Source: Camelus dromedarius
Lineage: Eukaryota
Length of the DNA: 64,000 nucleotides
Assembly (NCBI RefSeq): GCF_036321535.1
Contig: NC_087437.1
Location: 105,526,001 to 105,590,000, forward strand
Direction of reading: 5' to 3'
Part shown: positions 25,200-38,477 of the stretch, in pieces
How the letters are laid out: every line of letters starts with the position of its first letter
Position numbering within the stretch: position 1 is the stretch's first letter
Translations under genes and position numbers: made by a program
The notes under the pieces: generated by a model
What the model saw: the letters and a program-made list of their open reading frames with translations, nothing else
What the model was told of the DNA's origin: nothing
The model's database searches: none

Positions 25200-27489
25200 T
25201 GTAATATCAATCAGTGCCATTCGTTGCTTCAGGGAGAATGGCAGATTTCTACATAGATTTTTTTCATGTTTACAAGAGGTATTAGACTTGAAGCAGATAC
25301 ACTTTTATTGTTATGAAAGCGAGGATCTTTCAGAGATGAATTTTAGCACAGCAATGCCAAGAGACTGAAAGACTCATAGCCTGGAGTTTATACAATAAAA
25401 ACTATATAGCGGGAGACAAGAAAATCATGCAAAAGCTAAGAGTTCTCCTCACTGGGAAAATAAATACTCATTCAAAAAACTAGAGGGGGAAGGAGGTTTG
25501 GCAGAAAGGAAGGAGCCAGGATGTTCGAGAATAGAAGACATTGTGTTTATATCCCAAACGAGTACTTAGGCTGACTGCATACTTAACAAAATGTCCAATG
25601 CCAATGTCAAATAATACCTACATTTGATGAATAATAATCAAGTTAGAAAGAGACACAGAAAGACGTTATTGAAGCATCACAGAGATATGTGTACCTCAGC
25701 AGAGTTCAGCTGAGCAGTCCAATGGTCAGGAATTACAAACAAACAAACAAAACCTGAAGATGCTCTGGTCAGGGCGTCAGGTGAAAAAGGCTGCAGAGTG
25801 CATGGTCAAGAAGAATGGAGGCCATGACATGAACACGGATTTCATCATCTGATTCCAGTGTGTGATTATCCAGAATGATTTGGACAGAACGATGCGAGAT
25901 TTAACTCAGCAGATGCCAGCATAGGAACAGTAGTGGTTAAAGACCACAGTTCACAATCAGAACAACACTTACACTTCCCTGATGCTCCTGCTCACTCCAG
26001 TAACATGTGGAATCGTCCCTGTTAATCTGGAGTTTAGTATGTTCTATAAGAAGATAATCCGCAAGAGAAAAAACAGGATGTTCCCAGCATCACTGAGAAT
26101 TGTTTTGGAAACAGTAGCATCCTGAGTCAACAACTATGTTGCTTTTTGATATAGGTATTTTGTATTCAGATCTCTGCTTAGTGTCCTCAATTCCAGTTGC
26201 CTTTGGATGATAATCTTGTGCCTCTGGGTATCATGATCACTAAGACAGCTCAGGAATTTATTTTTAGTCACTAATCATCATCCAACCACTTTAGGAGAGG
26301 TCCATCAACAAGTCTGAATTGACTAGAGCTGAAACCTTTAACCCCTTATCTTTGCTGACAGAGAGAATAAGCAGCTCTCTTTAATAATTACGTATAGGTG
26401 CAGTTGAGGTATCATGACCATGATGGTCCCTCATAGGCTCAGAATTTCATTAACAAACCATACTCTTAAAGACATAGATGCTGAATTATTTTTCCAAACC
26501 TAAAACTTGTGCACAGCCTGTGTAGGAGATGGGATTCTAGAGCTAAGATGGTGTAGGAATTATGGATGGGGTTGGCCCATAGCTGAAGATATAGAGGAAA
26601 GAGCCCCCAAGGTCTTCATTACAGTGAGGACCACTTCTTGGAAAAGGAGTAATAGGAAAGGGGAAACAATTTATCCAAAGCAGATCATGAGAAATGGAAA
26701 GTTGGGGAGTTAAGGACTCCAAGCTGATTCAGAAAGACATGTTGTCACTGAGAGTAAAGAAAAAGACAAAAATAACACATTTTGCTAAGATTCTAGCTTA
26801 CTAGGCTAAATGAGAGGGGATGTCTTGAGCCAAAAGAATATTAGAAGAAATGTTCTTTAAGGGATGTTGATGAGGTTAAGCTTAGTTTTGAGCCTATAAA
26901 ATTGAACATTTTCTTTTAAATCAGTCAAATCCCATAGTTAAACAAATGTCACAGTCAGAGTGAGAATGTTGAGAACTTTAATGAACAGACTACTTGCAAT
27001 GGTGTGTGAGTGTTTAGAGGATCCACAGAGCACAGTGAAGTACCCAAGGAGTGGAGGATATGGGTTGCGGGTAAGATTAAGAAAACAAACATAGTGATTC
27101 TTTTTTTTTTTCCCTAACCACTTGTGTGTCAGTGTGTTTGCTGTGGCCTGGAGCCGAATTTCATTCATCTTCCTGAAAACAATCCAAGAAATTTCCTACC
27201 CGGGACCTCTTCCATGTAAGATCTTTATTTACATCCTGCTCAAAGTTCTCATTCTTAATATGTTTATCGAAGTCCATCCTCAATAATTTATTTACTTTTG
27301 CTCTTGAGCCACATGTAAATTTCAGCTTTGGCTGGAAGTATACAAAATCTATTTTTGTTTATGCAAGTTGTGTATGTATGTATCTGTGTCTTTGCGAGAT
27401 TAGAAGGTTTAGGGTTATGGTTTCTTGATTTATAAAGTATATAGCTTATTCCTCAGTACATACTTCTATACATTAACTGACTGATTAAT

Positions 27490-27590
27490 TTGCATATCTC
27501 CTCAATAGGAACTTATACCTTGTTGTATTTCCTGTGTGTCCTAGTGAGTAGAACACAGTAATATATGTTGAGTTAATTAATGAATTTATT
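27490..27590 (+). mobile_element. L2 3' end fragment
   Basis: tgtgtcctagtgagtagaacacagtaatatatgttgagttaattaatgaat resembles the L2 tail. Confidence 0.45.
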
Positions 27591-28769
27591 AGCTAGGTAT
27601 TTATGAAGAAGCTTGCCCCATGATGACTTATGTGTACATATTAGCATGTGTGAACAAAATAACTTTTTAGATTAATCAACTTAGTATTTTGTCACCTAAA
27701 TTACTAATGTAAGTAAAGTTTAATTTGACCTGTGTCAAACTAACTCAAAGTTTATAAACATCATTCATTTATTTGGCATGCATTAGTCTGAATTGTATAG
27801 AGTCATCTCTAACTCCCAAGCATCAGTGTAATCACCAATACAGACGATGTGAATGTTGAAATTTTTCTTTCTTTAAGCACTCTGTACCACATTCTAAATT
27901 TATCCTTTAAAAATCACTGACTTAGTTATATTTCCACTCCAAAGTGCATATTTCCATTTCATGCAATAATCTATTTTTGTCATCTTTTAGAGTAAATATC
28001 CTTGTGATATGTCCCATAATGATAGCCAGGAAGTGGTGATATGTAAACAGCAATAGATGTGATCTCAAGTGAAACAAATGTGTGAGAGCAGTCATGCACA
28101 GTGAACACAGAGGTGCCTTACAAAACACTCCCAGTAATTCTTCCTGCAGGACTAACAGAGAGATAAGGCAGCAAAATATCAGAAAACAGACTCAAGAACA
28201 CTTTAGGGTGACCTGTTATTGACCAGTTCTTTCACATTCTGTAATTGAACTCACTTAACAGCTATTATGGACTGTGATTAGAGTTTTTTCTTTTGGAATA
28301 TAAGTAAACTGATTGCCACCTCCCGGAATTGAATGTTGTTTCCTTTTATCATAGAGGAAATGTGTACACATAGCATCAAGCTGGGCTGAAGGGAGCCTTC
28401 TAAGACTTCAGGACAGGTGACATTTGTAGATGGCCTGGCAGATCTTTGTCATTTGTTCACCATGTGGATCTCAAATAAGCAGAATTAAGGCAGTGTTGAT
28501 GACAAAGAATTCAGGACCCAAGAAGATACACCAGCCAGAACTGCTGAAGGTCAAGGCCAACAGGAACTTAACTGACAGGCAGAGAAACACCTAAGAGAAA
28601 GAAAAAGCCCACAACCTTAGAATTACAGTGTGCAAGCTCTAAAGGCAAGAGGAAGAAGAGGGTTATACACATGGTCATGATGAAGCAACAGGTCACACTT
28701 TTAGAAAATATGTGTAAGAAAACAATTTTCCTCCCCAAACCTGAAGAACTTAATTTTGGTTATAATCAA

Positions 28770-28875
28770 ATTATATATGCCTCATTATAAACATATATGA
28801 TTATATATGATATATATCCAATATATCCAAATATATATGATATATAAGCCAGTAATAAATATATATATATATACA
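28770..28875. repeat. TA-rich low-complexity repeat
   Basis: Directly visible in the sequence. Confidence 0.7.
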
Positions 28876-29004
28876 GAGAGATGGTTATTAGTGTAATAAC
28901 ATTTTTGTTTTGACTTGGAGACTATAATAATACAAAATAACTTGAATTAGTTTAGTACAAGTCATAAGGCAGATCTTTTACAGGCATTGTCTCTAGACTT
29001 TAAA

Positions 29005-29135
29005 ACATCCTTAAAAGATAGTTCTTATTTTCCCCATATTACCAGTGAGAACCTAGATCCAAACTCTAGATCCAAAATTTTGCTCAACAACAAAAAAAAG
29101 AAATAATTGGCAGAACAATAATTCAAACTTGGAAA
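29005..29135 (-). mobile_element. MIR fragment
   Basis: ttcttattttccccatattaccagtgagaacc...ttgctcaac...ggcagaacaataattcaaac resembles antisense MIR. Confidence 0.5.
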
Positions 29136-29607
29136 AAGAAATTATATTTCCAGAAGTTTAAGTTGTATCACAATTCATCATACGACCTCCATTTTTCCAT
29201 TATTGGAGATATGTATAATCATGGATGATTTTGTCCAAATTATGTTATATTGTTTACCTCTTAAGATCTTGTTGCCATCTGGATCATTTACATAACAGAA
29301 AAAATAAGACAGTTGCACAAGGAAATTACAACAGTTCTGAATTAATTTGCAGATTCAGTGCTACGGTTTGGATGACCATGTGAAATAAGTCTGATGTCAC
29401 CACCCAGAGAAGGGGAAATGGAACACTAAGATGTAATTTTCACATGAAATTACAATCTTAAAATAATCACTGAGTGCTTTTCCCTCTCTCATGAAAATAC
29501 ATTTAACTCTATAAGAAGTAAACCAAATCAAGAATGCTAAAATGTCTTCTGAGACATGAGTAAATTTTGTGGTACAGAAATGCTATTGAGTTTCCATTTA
29601 AATCAAC

Positions 29608-29800
29608 TATATATATTTATATTTATTTACATGTAATATATAATATACACATTACATATTAATTATATATTCATTTTATTTATATAAAACAATTATTAAC
29701 TAATATATATTAATATAGTTATACATTGATTTGATTAATAACATATTTATTATGCATAAATAATGTGTTATCTGTTATATAATGTATTATTATACATATT
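29608..29800. repeat. TA-rich low-complexity repeat
   Basis: Directly visible in the sequence. Confidence 0.75.
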
Positions 29801-30431
29801 AATGACAGCACTGAAGTTCTAAGACTCATACCTACTGCGACCTGGCTTTTTTATTTTCAGTGCCTCTTAACCACCATGGTTATCATATGTACAAAGTACG
29901 TGACATTAAGACAGAATCAGTAACACCAAGATGTAGAACAGAATTAATCTGCCAATGTCATGTATTAAACACATACTTTGATCCTAATCACACAGCTGAT
30001 GCGCAATTGGTAAGACACATTAAAATAGCTTTTTAGAAGATGGAGTTAAGTGGGGAGAGGAGTCAGAGTGATCAACAGACACATTCCAAGATACTCTGAA
30101 ATACAATTTAAAACAATGCAACACATCTTCAGCCTGCCAGGAAAGTGCTGGTAAAATACATCTGGGTTTTTGTCAGATTAAGGTGATTTCTTTAGCAAAG
30201 ACCCTAAAAGTAACTCCATGTTTTACGTCTCCAGCCTACAGACCGTACAACGTTGGGAACCCATCAGTCTTTCTAGCCTACACATGTCACATAGGTGGCG
30301 ATCAGTGCCACTGGAGAGTTGCTATTTCATTCTCATCATCACCACCAGAGAAGAGAAGGAGAATGTGGAGAGAGAGTTCAGCATCTCAGACTCTCAGCAC
30401 AGGAGGGAATGTCAAGGGTCAAGGTTAATGA

Positions 30432-30618
30432 CTGAAGTTGCTCACATTCTGACTGATCGCTCTAACAACTTGGGATGCTTTTCAAGTGTATCGATTTATA
30501 CCATTCAGCGTCGCCCCTTCTAAACCAGTAGTTCAGGTAGTGAGACTCAGGAATCCATGCATTTTCTTTTAAGTCCTCTCAAAAACTGTAATGAAGATTT
30601 GGGTTCTAGGATCACTGA
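30432..30618. mobile_element. MER5-like hAT-Charlie MITE
   Basis: ggtagtgagactcaggaatccatgcattttcttttaagtcctctc...ctaggatcactg resembles MER5 with its ...cactg terminus. Confidence 0.55.
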
Positions 30619-31944
30619 TTTATTCTAACCCTACTTTTTCTTAATACTCACCTCTCTAGACCCTTGGTATGTATATATCCCAGATGAAAAGAGGTCTGAT
30701 TCTGCCCTGAGCGAACACTAGTCGGGGAAAGGTTGGGGAAAAGTTGAGGGAAAGAGAAAAATCACATTACACATCTAGCAGCAAAGATGACAGTGAAGCT
30801 GTATCTCTTTGGCATCACTGACAACCTGTTTTTTTTTTCTTTTCCTTTACCATCTATATAAAGTGTTCATTGTCAATGTTTTACTTTCCCATATCCAGAA
30901 TCTCCCTTGCATTTCCAGCACCCTTTTCTTATATTGAGCAATTTGATCCTAGATTTCAGAAAACTACTTGCATGCAAGCACATACACACACAGTTACTCT
31001 CCACTGAACCCCACTTATCAGGACCCAAGTTTTTTTTTGGAAATCCATGGGGAAATAAAAGTATCAGAATGTCCAAGCTACATATTAAACTCTCACAAAG
31101 AAATAGAATAGAACCTAATGTGGCAGATACGATGCTGGTTTGGGAACGAGGTAAACTGGATAATGTACATTTCTCATCTGGATTATCCTTGATTCTTTAT
31201 CATGTTTAATAAAACAAAACTTGGCCTGTGGTCCTACCTAGGGAAGTAAGCAGTCTAGGCACTTACAAGTTAAGCTGCTCAAAAGGACTGCTGGAAGAGA
31301 AACTCCCTGTTGCATGGATTTTAAGATGATTAGACATTATCCGCCCTGATGTTGATAAGCCTGATGCCAATGCTTTGAGTACCCCTGTAGAATGAGAGAT
31401 TGCTTCAGTATTTTTCTTATTCCTCGTTGTCCTATATGTTCTTAATACCCCAAATATCATATTATGCATCTTTTTTTGCTACTTCTAATTGATCTAATAT
31501 GATAATTTTACCTTTCACTATGTCCAAAATCAATAACTCCATCACAGTCACCAAAACAACCCTATAAAAGGAAACAAAAAAACCCAACAAGCAAAAAACC
31601 CAAATCCTCTTCTCTTCTTACTGAGAAATTCCTATTTGGTTTCAGAAAAAAAGTTTGCTAGCTAACCATTCTGCCAAATCAGTCCACAAAAATGTATGAT
31701 AAAATGGTAACTGTCTATGTAGACTAACTCTGGAACTTCGCTAAAATTTTACCTCAATAATGCAGGAATAATAATAAAACCCAATTCTTAGGGCTGTTGA
31801 GGGGCACAAATAAATTAATTCAAGTATGACCCTCAAATAATCTTGGTTGATATAGTAGTACTGTTGACAGAAATTGTGTTGAAGATAATTATTTCAAGTT
31901 ATGAGATAATTACTTTTTGTTTCAATCATCTTTTCTTTAAAAGA

Positions 31945-32460
31945 AATCCATCCATTCATTTATTGATTTTGATTAGTTAAATAAATATTTTGTGTGTGTC
32001 CTATATTTCAGACAATGTTCTAGGCACTGGGGATTTTATAGTGAATAGGCAAAGACCCCTGCCCTACGGAGATTACATTCTAATTGAGGAGAAAGACCAC
32101 ACATTCATAAGCAATTGAACATATGAATGTTCTCAAGAATGATAAACATTAGTAAGGAAATAGAGCAAAGATAGGGAAAGTATAAATTACAGTTGCATGT
32201 TAAGTGGGAAGATCTGGAAAGGCTGATTTGATGATTTGACCTTTTAGCAGAGATCTGAATATACTGAGGGAATAATGCACCTGGCTGGTAAGAGACAATT
32301 TCAGTGAAATCAGCAAATGTGGAGGCTCAGAGCATCCTTGACATAAAGGAAGAAAAGAAAGTGGTCAAGTAAGCGAAATAAGCAATGGGTAAAGAGGTAA
32401 GACGTGACGCTGGAGAGTTATTCCGGAACCAAATCATGTAGGGCTCTGATGAAAATTGTA
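31945..32460 (-). mobile_element. L2 3' region
   Basis: ccattcatttatt...aaatatttt...cagacaatgttctaggcactgggga...agtgaataggcaaagacccctgccctacggagattacattctaattg is the characteristic antisense L2 3' end. Confidence 0.85.
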
Positions 32461-33139
32461 AGAAACAGAGCTGGAAATGAGGTCTTTAGAAGAAATGCTT
32501 TTTCTTTCTTCTAAATATATCAATTTGAGGCTACATCTGCTTTGAAATTCTTATATATAGAATATTTCCTAATTAAAAAGTTAAAACCTTCTCAAATCAG
32601 AGGATGAAAAAAAGAAATAAAATACATTTAGAATTGATGAACAAAAGCTGATTTTAGAATGTAATCTGCACAGCAGCTTATAATTGTATAGTTACAGTGT
32701 TCAGACAGATTAATACTTTATAATGGTTTAAAAATGGCCTTACAATTTTTTCAACTCACAGTTACCAGTATGTTGTTTAGCCGTCACTGAGCAATGCAAA
32801 TAATACATTCTGTTGTTGTTGTTTGAGAGAAAGCAACTTAAGAAGCAGAAGAAAAGTTAATATCACGACTATATTCCCTGTTTACAAATGGCATGTCTCA
32901 CCCAACTCATATCACAAAGGGTCTTCCTTCTCACCCGGATACTGAAGTCCTCAAACGTTGAGCTTAAAATCCTGTAGCAGTACATATGATGTGAGAATTG
33001 GATTGTGTGCTGGTCAAACTGTGTCATTTCCCTCACTTCATGGAACACAAGCAGTAAGTATGACAGTGCACTCAGCTGGGACAGTCAGAGAAACTGAATT
33101 TCTCTTCCCTGTAGATTCTTTTGGTCCAAAAGGAAATGA

Positions 33140-33265
33140 TTTATATAATATAAATATCCCTTATCATTATATTCTATATACATATTATTTATTATATATA
33201 ATTATATATTTGATAGTTATTGATATTATATTTTATAGGTGTATATATTTTATATATATGTAAAT
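33140..33265. repeat. TA-rich low-complexity repeat
   Basis: Directly visible in the sequence. Confidence 0.75.
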
Positions 33266-33302
33266 AAAATAAGGGGCATTTTAAACACACAACGCATAGT
33301 GT

Positions 33303-33727
33303 GTGTATTTATAATAAACATCCTGCCCATATTCCCCTTTTTCTGACTTCCAACAGCAAATCTATGTCTTGTTACCAAAGGACTTTCTCTTACCACTGGA
33401 GCCCTCAAGCCTGATCTTGGGGAAGGCTAGGAGTTCCGGGGAACTCGTGTCCATAGCCAGTGATGGATGGATGACTGTGGAAAAATAGTACACGTTCCTC
33501 ACTTCTGTTGGTGACTTTGAGTTCTCTTATTCCCAGAGTTCCCAACGGAGGTAAACTATTCCATCATTGTAACTTGCATTATAGTCTAACCTTTGTTGGC
33601 TTCCACCTCTTATTTGTTCAAATCCCCCACACCCCCACCAGTGTTTCCTGGTTCTCTGCCTGAACGAAGTACGTGTGCTTGATTCCTTGCCTTAGGGTTG
33701 GCTTTCAAGGGAACCCAATCTAAGACA
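33303..33727 (+). mobile_element. LTR16C-like ERVL LTR
   Basis: 5' cctgcccatattcccc...gacttccaacagc and 3' ccttgccttagggttggctttcaagggaacccaatctaagaca match the recalled LTR16 ends. Confidence 0.8.
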
Positions 33728-33779
33728 AGGGCCTGTAACATGAAATGCATGTAAGATTTAAAAGTCTGTATAAACACTC

Positions 33780-34120
33780 TATAACAGATACCACACTTCC
33801 CAGATATCCATACCCTGCCTGGCATTTTGTATTCTCCCTTGAGGTTGGGCTGAGGTCATGCAAATAATTTTGGCCAAATATATGTGACTGGAAGGATGTG
33901 TTTCTGATCTAGGCCAAGGCAGATAAATGCTAATCAGCTTTTTCCATCTTTATCTTCCTCTTCTTCATTAACACTGGAGGCCAAATGTCCTCTATTTCAT
34001 TAAGTGGGAGCACTGCTTATTTAACTTTTTCATTATTGAGAAATAAATTATTTTGTGTTAGGCCACAGAGAAATTAAATTTTATTTGTACATTACTATAA
34101 ACTAACATAATAACTAAAAT
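33780..34120 (+). mobile_element. MaLR LTR (MLT1I/J-like)
   Basis: cccttgaggttgggctgaggtcatgcaaataattttggccaa...gagaaataaattattttgtgttaggccacagaga is typical MLT1 sequence. Confidence 0.7.
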
Positions 34121-34284
34121 AAAACTTGGTAGCACTAAGTTGCGATCTGATGAAAAAAATCTCATATATAAGGCATTATTTTAGTTTGTGATAAAAAGCA
34201 AGAAAAATGATATGTGATTCATCATACTGACTAATACATATTGTAAATTGAACTTTTTTTTAATTACTTCCAATCACATCTTCA

Positions 34285-34480
34285 CTGCAGCTCTTAGTTG
34301 TGTCATGGCAGGCAAGTCAGTTGACTTCCCTAAGTCTCAGTTTCTACATCTACAAAATGGGTACATATTAAACTGATTTCATAGCTTATTTTAATAATGT
34401 AATGAGACAATATGTGTAAAGTTCTTAGAATAGTTTTGAATACAGAGAATTTTCAATAAATGCTTAGCATCATTGTTATT
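34285..34480 (+). mobile_element. MIR
   Basis: ggcaagtcagttgacttccctaagtctcagtttctacatctacaaaatggg...gtaaagttcttagaatag...caataaatg matches MIR core and 3' end. Confidence 0.9.
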
Positions 34481-35183
34481 ACAAATTGTCTTTGCCTATA
34501 TATACATGGAATAGATGTATGTATCTCATATGTATAATGATATTTGTATTGTTTGTATCCTAGTCATATTAAATTTCTCTCATCAACAAATCCAAAATAC
34601 AGAATTTCTTCCAATACAAAACTTCTATTGCCTCCAAAATTTTCTCAAAATGCAGAAGAAATCTCACTTCTGTTCATCATTATTAAATGTTTCCCTGTTC
34701 AAAAATGTATCTAGAGTATTGTAAATTCAGATCTTCCACTCAGATCTCTTGCTCAGAACTTGAAACTATTAAAGTAGAATAACAAAGTTTTCTAATGCAG
34801 AGTAACTAGTCAAAATAACCTTGGCACAGTAGGAAAAAAATAGTTTTCAATTACTAAATGTAAACTTGTTACTCCAAATCTTGTAATAGAGGTTATGGTC
34901 ATTGTCAAAGTAAACTCTTCCTAGTATGAAATTTAAACCAATTTACACCCCATACCACCATGTATGTATGACACTTCAAACTGACTTTAATAATGGATAA
35001 GATTTCTTATGCAACTTAAAAATTTTATTTCTAAAAATTCCAGTTAATTGATTAAACAGTAAAATATTTAGATTATTTTATGATATTAAGCATTCATGAT
35101 CATGATATACATATTTTATACATTATTTTGAAAGCAACATTTGGATCATGAATGTTTAAAAACATAAAATGTCCTAAATATTG

Positions 35184-35238
35184 CATACACACACATACAC
35201 ACACACACACACACACACATACATATATATACATATAT
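35184..35238. repeat. (CA)n/(TA)n microsatellite
   Basis: Directly visible in the sequence. Confidence 0.9.
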
Positions 35239-35254
35239 TAGTATATGTGTACCA

Positions 35255-35390
35255 CAGCCTTGGCCTTACCTGGGAGCTGTTAAAAATGCAGAATTTAATT
35301 TCCCATCCAGACCTATTGAATCAGAATTTATAACTTAATGAAAGTCTTCAGGTGAACCACATAAATATCACAGTTTTAGAGGCACAGGTT
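35255..35390. mobile_element. MER5A-like hAT-Charlie MITE
   Basis: acctgggagctgttaaaaatgcagaatt...ccagacctattgaatcagaat matches MER5A. Confidence 0.8.
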
Positions 35391-35664
35391 CAAACTATAT
35401 AGTAGAGGGTATGTTTATCCTTTGATAAACTTATTTTTCTAATCCATATTTCCTAGGTGACCTTGTGAGTAAAAAAAAAAAATTGTGGGATTTTAAAATT
35501 TTAAAAAGGAAAAGGGGGTCTCCCACTCACTCTTATCTCCAAATGTCATAAAGAATGACATCTCTTTGGTCCACTTCATAGAATACCCTTTAGGGAAATA
35601 TAATATGAATTAAATTTTACAGAATATTTATTACTAATTTTTATGTATTTATTTATGTATGCAG

Positions 35665-35840
35665 TTATTTATCTTAATTAATGTATAGTTGACTTATTAT
35701 ATTAGTTTCAGGTAAGCATAGTAATTTGATATTTTTTAGATTATACTCCAAAGTTACTGTAAAATATTGACTATATTCCCTGTTATACATTAGTTATAGC
35801 TCGTAGTTTGCACCTCTTAATCCTCATTCACCAATTTTTA
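35665..35840 (-). mobile_element. L1 3' end fragment
   Basis: gtatagttgactta...ttagtttcaggta...aaaatattgactatattccctgt...gtagtttgcacctcttaatcc matches antisense L1 3'UTR. Confidence 0.75.
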
Positions 35841-37317
35841 AATAGTGCTTCAAATGGAACTATAACCCCAATAACGCATGTATTACTCAATTTAAGCCTG
35901 ATAAAAATGTGGATACACAAGAGAAAGACAGGACCTTATTCTCTTGTAAAGAAGATGTCATTTTTACCAGTGCAGAGAAGGAAAAACTAGGCTAACGTGG
36001 GTGATACTATGGGAACAACATGGTATTTATTTAAATACGATCCACCTATCAATCAAATGAAGCAAAGATTTCTTTATAGCACAAGGAAAGATTTCTACAG
36101 GAATATTTTCTCTGAAAGAGAAAGAAAGCTAAAGAAGCTGATTACGTGAGACAACTAGGATTTTGCCTCCATATAATTTCATTGGACTAAATAATATGTT
36201 TCATTTGCTGTTCAAGCTCTAAAACAACAAAATGTCAGTTTGCAGAACTGAAAAAAGGCCTCAGAGAGCAATAGGAGATGATGAAAAAGATCATTCTATG
36301 TACCCTAGAGAAATTTACCCCAATATGGCCCTTCCTTGCTGATACTCATTCATATCCTCAAAGTAATCTTAAAATTGGCTTATGGATGAACATAAACATT
36401 ATTGGTGAAACCTAAGAAAATGGAAAATGTGCTTTTAATATTGCATATCAACATGCAAATTTGACTACATTATTAGAAATACATTCCCTTTAGAATTACT
36501 TAGTAAAGACAACCAAAAATGTAATTGCAACCTTAGTGTTCTATTATATAATGTAAGCTTGTGAGATTATTTACTGTATTTTGCCACTGTGTGTACTACA
36601 CCAGGGAGACTAAGCAACCCTTTCAGAAATTGTGCTTTTAGGCCCCTCAGACATTATTTAGAACATTAGCACTCATTATACCGAATGACACACTCGAGGC
36701 TCAGAAAGGTCAACGTAACTTTTAAAAATTCTAACTCGTGAAATTATGGCTCTGAAGTGGGCATGTTACTTCAGTTCCGTATTATTAGATATTTGCAAAT
36801 AAGAATCTTATTTAGTAATAAGAAAATGAATTTAATGCTTGGATTCAGTTGCTTCAATTTCTGGAAAGAAGATGGGATATATATTAATACAGATAAATCA
36901 AAACAATATAGTGCTATCTTTTACAAAGATATGTATTTCTACATACATTAGAAGTAAATGATTACACTCATTACTGTCTGGGTGGCTATGTATGTTTAAT
37001 GACGAGAAATAATCCATTTCCATTATCATGAGTCCCATTCGGAGCCCAATTTGGCATGGATTTTGTAGTCTCAGAAAATTACTGACTATTCAAAGTCCTA
37101 GAAAATTATATATATTTTCTACTATTCTGTGCAAACATTCTAATTTGTACCTAGTTTATTAAGATTTAAATCCCTAAAAAATTTAATGCAAATTCTATTA
37201 TCTCTATTTGATAATGTGAAAAAAATTTGCTTAGAATGTTTAATGTAGTAGAGTGTTTAAGAGTTAGAAATTCCTTCTTAACATCTGCACATAATGTGAC
37301 TTCATTGCTTCACCCAT

Positions 37318-37705
37318 TCTGGCTAATTTTTTGTGTCAGTTTGGCTGGGTCACAGGGTGCTCAGACATTGGGTCAAACATTATTCTGGGTGTGAATGGTT
37401 CTGCATAAGCTTAATGTTTGAATCAATCAGTACACTGAGTAAAGGACATTGTCTTCCTTAATGTGAGTTGTCCTCATCCAATTAAATGAAGGCTGTAATT
37501 AGGACATTGGTCTTTTCCTGCCTTCAGACTTAAACTGAAACACTAACTCTTCTTGGGTCTTGAACTTGCTGTCTTTCCAGTTGGTACTTTCAGCTCTCCT
37601 GGTTCTCAGGCCTTCAGACTCAGACTGGAACTTCACTATTGGCTTCCCTGGATCTCCAGCTTACTACCAGATCTTGGGACTTCTCAACTGCAATAAATCA
37701 TGTGA
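37318..37705 (+). mobile_element. MLT2B-like ERVL LTR
   Basis: ggctaattttttgtgtcagtttggctgggtcacagggtgctcagacattgggtcaaacattattctgggtgtg...ctcaggccttcagactcagactggaac matches MLT2. Confidence 0.9.
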
Positions 37706-38477
37706 ATTATGTTCACATTTGAGAGATGGAAAAGTGGAAATCAAGTCAGCAATTATTCTGAACTATGCGTGTAACTGGCTCTCTTAGAAACGTCTCATAT
37801 GCGTGTGTTTTTTCAGAAGGGATTACGCACAGCAGGGAGCGGTGAACTCATCCACTCACTGAAATAGCACTGGTCTGAATCAAGTGTTCTTTGACTCTTA
37901 CGAGCCACTTTTATTCATGTGTCTTAAGAGAGGGTGTTAACATGTAGCACAGAGCAGGGGCTTGATCCTCTTCTCACAGCCACAGCAACTTCGCAGAAGG
38001 GAGCTGTGAAAGCATAAAAGTGCTAAACAAGCTATAAACAGCTCTTCTTCCTCAGACGCATGGTAAAACATGTGCTCACTTAAACACACAGAAGATATTC
38101 TCCAAAGAATGTTCTACGGAGCTGGGCTGTCTTTGACTAAGATTGTTGCACCTACATCACTTTAAGTAACACTTGAATTACTGAAGGGTTAGTGCAGTGG
38201 ATTTTGGCAATGAAACGTCTCAAATTCACTAACAGGATTCTGAGGATTAGGTTAAGATTTGCAAGTAACTGCAAAACTATCTTGATTCTCCTCTCTCATT
38301 TTATTATTACAAATTTTCTGATTCTCTATTTTAAGGCAATTTTTAAATTAGAACTATAAGTAACACAAATTCAATAGCTAGAGAAGAGATATCTGTGGCA
38401 TTTATTAGCTAGAGAAATCAACCAAATTTTGTCAGTGCCAAGTGTTTGGTGATTATATAAAATTAAAAAAGCAAACT

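Noticed and set aside
25750..25925. Codon-like stretch as a possible processed pseudogene
   Set aside because: Short frames with stops, no recognised parent protein, and no poly-A or TSD.
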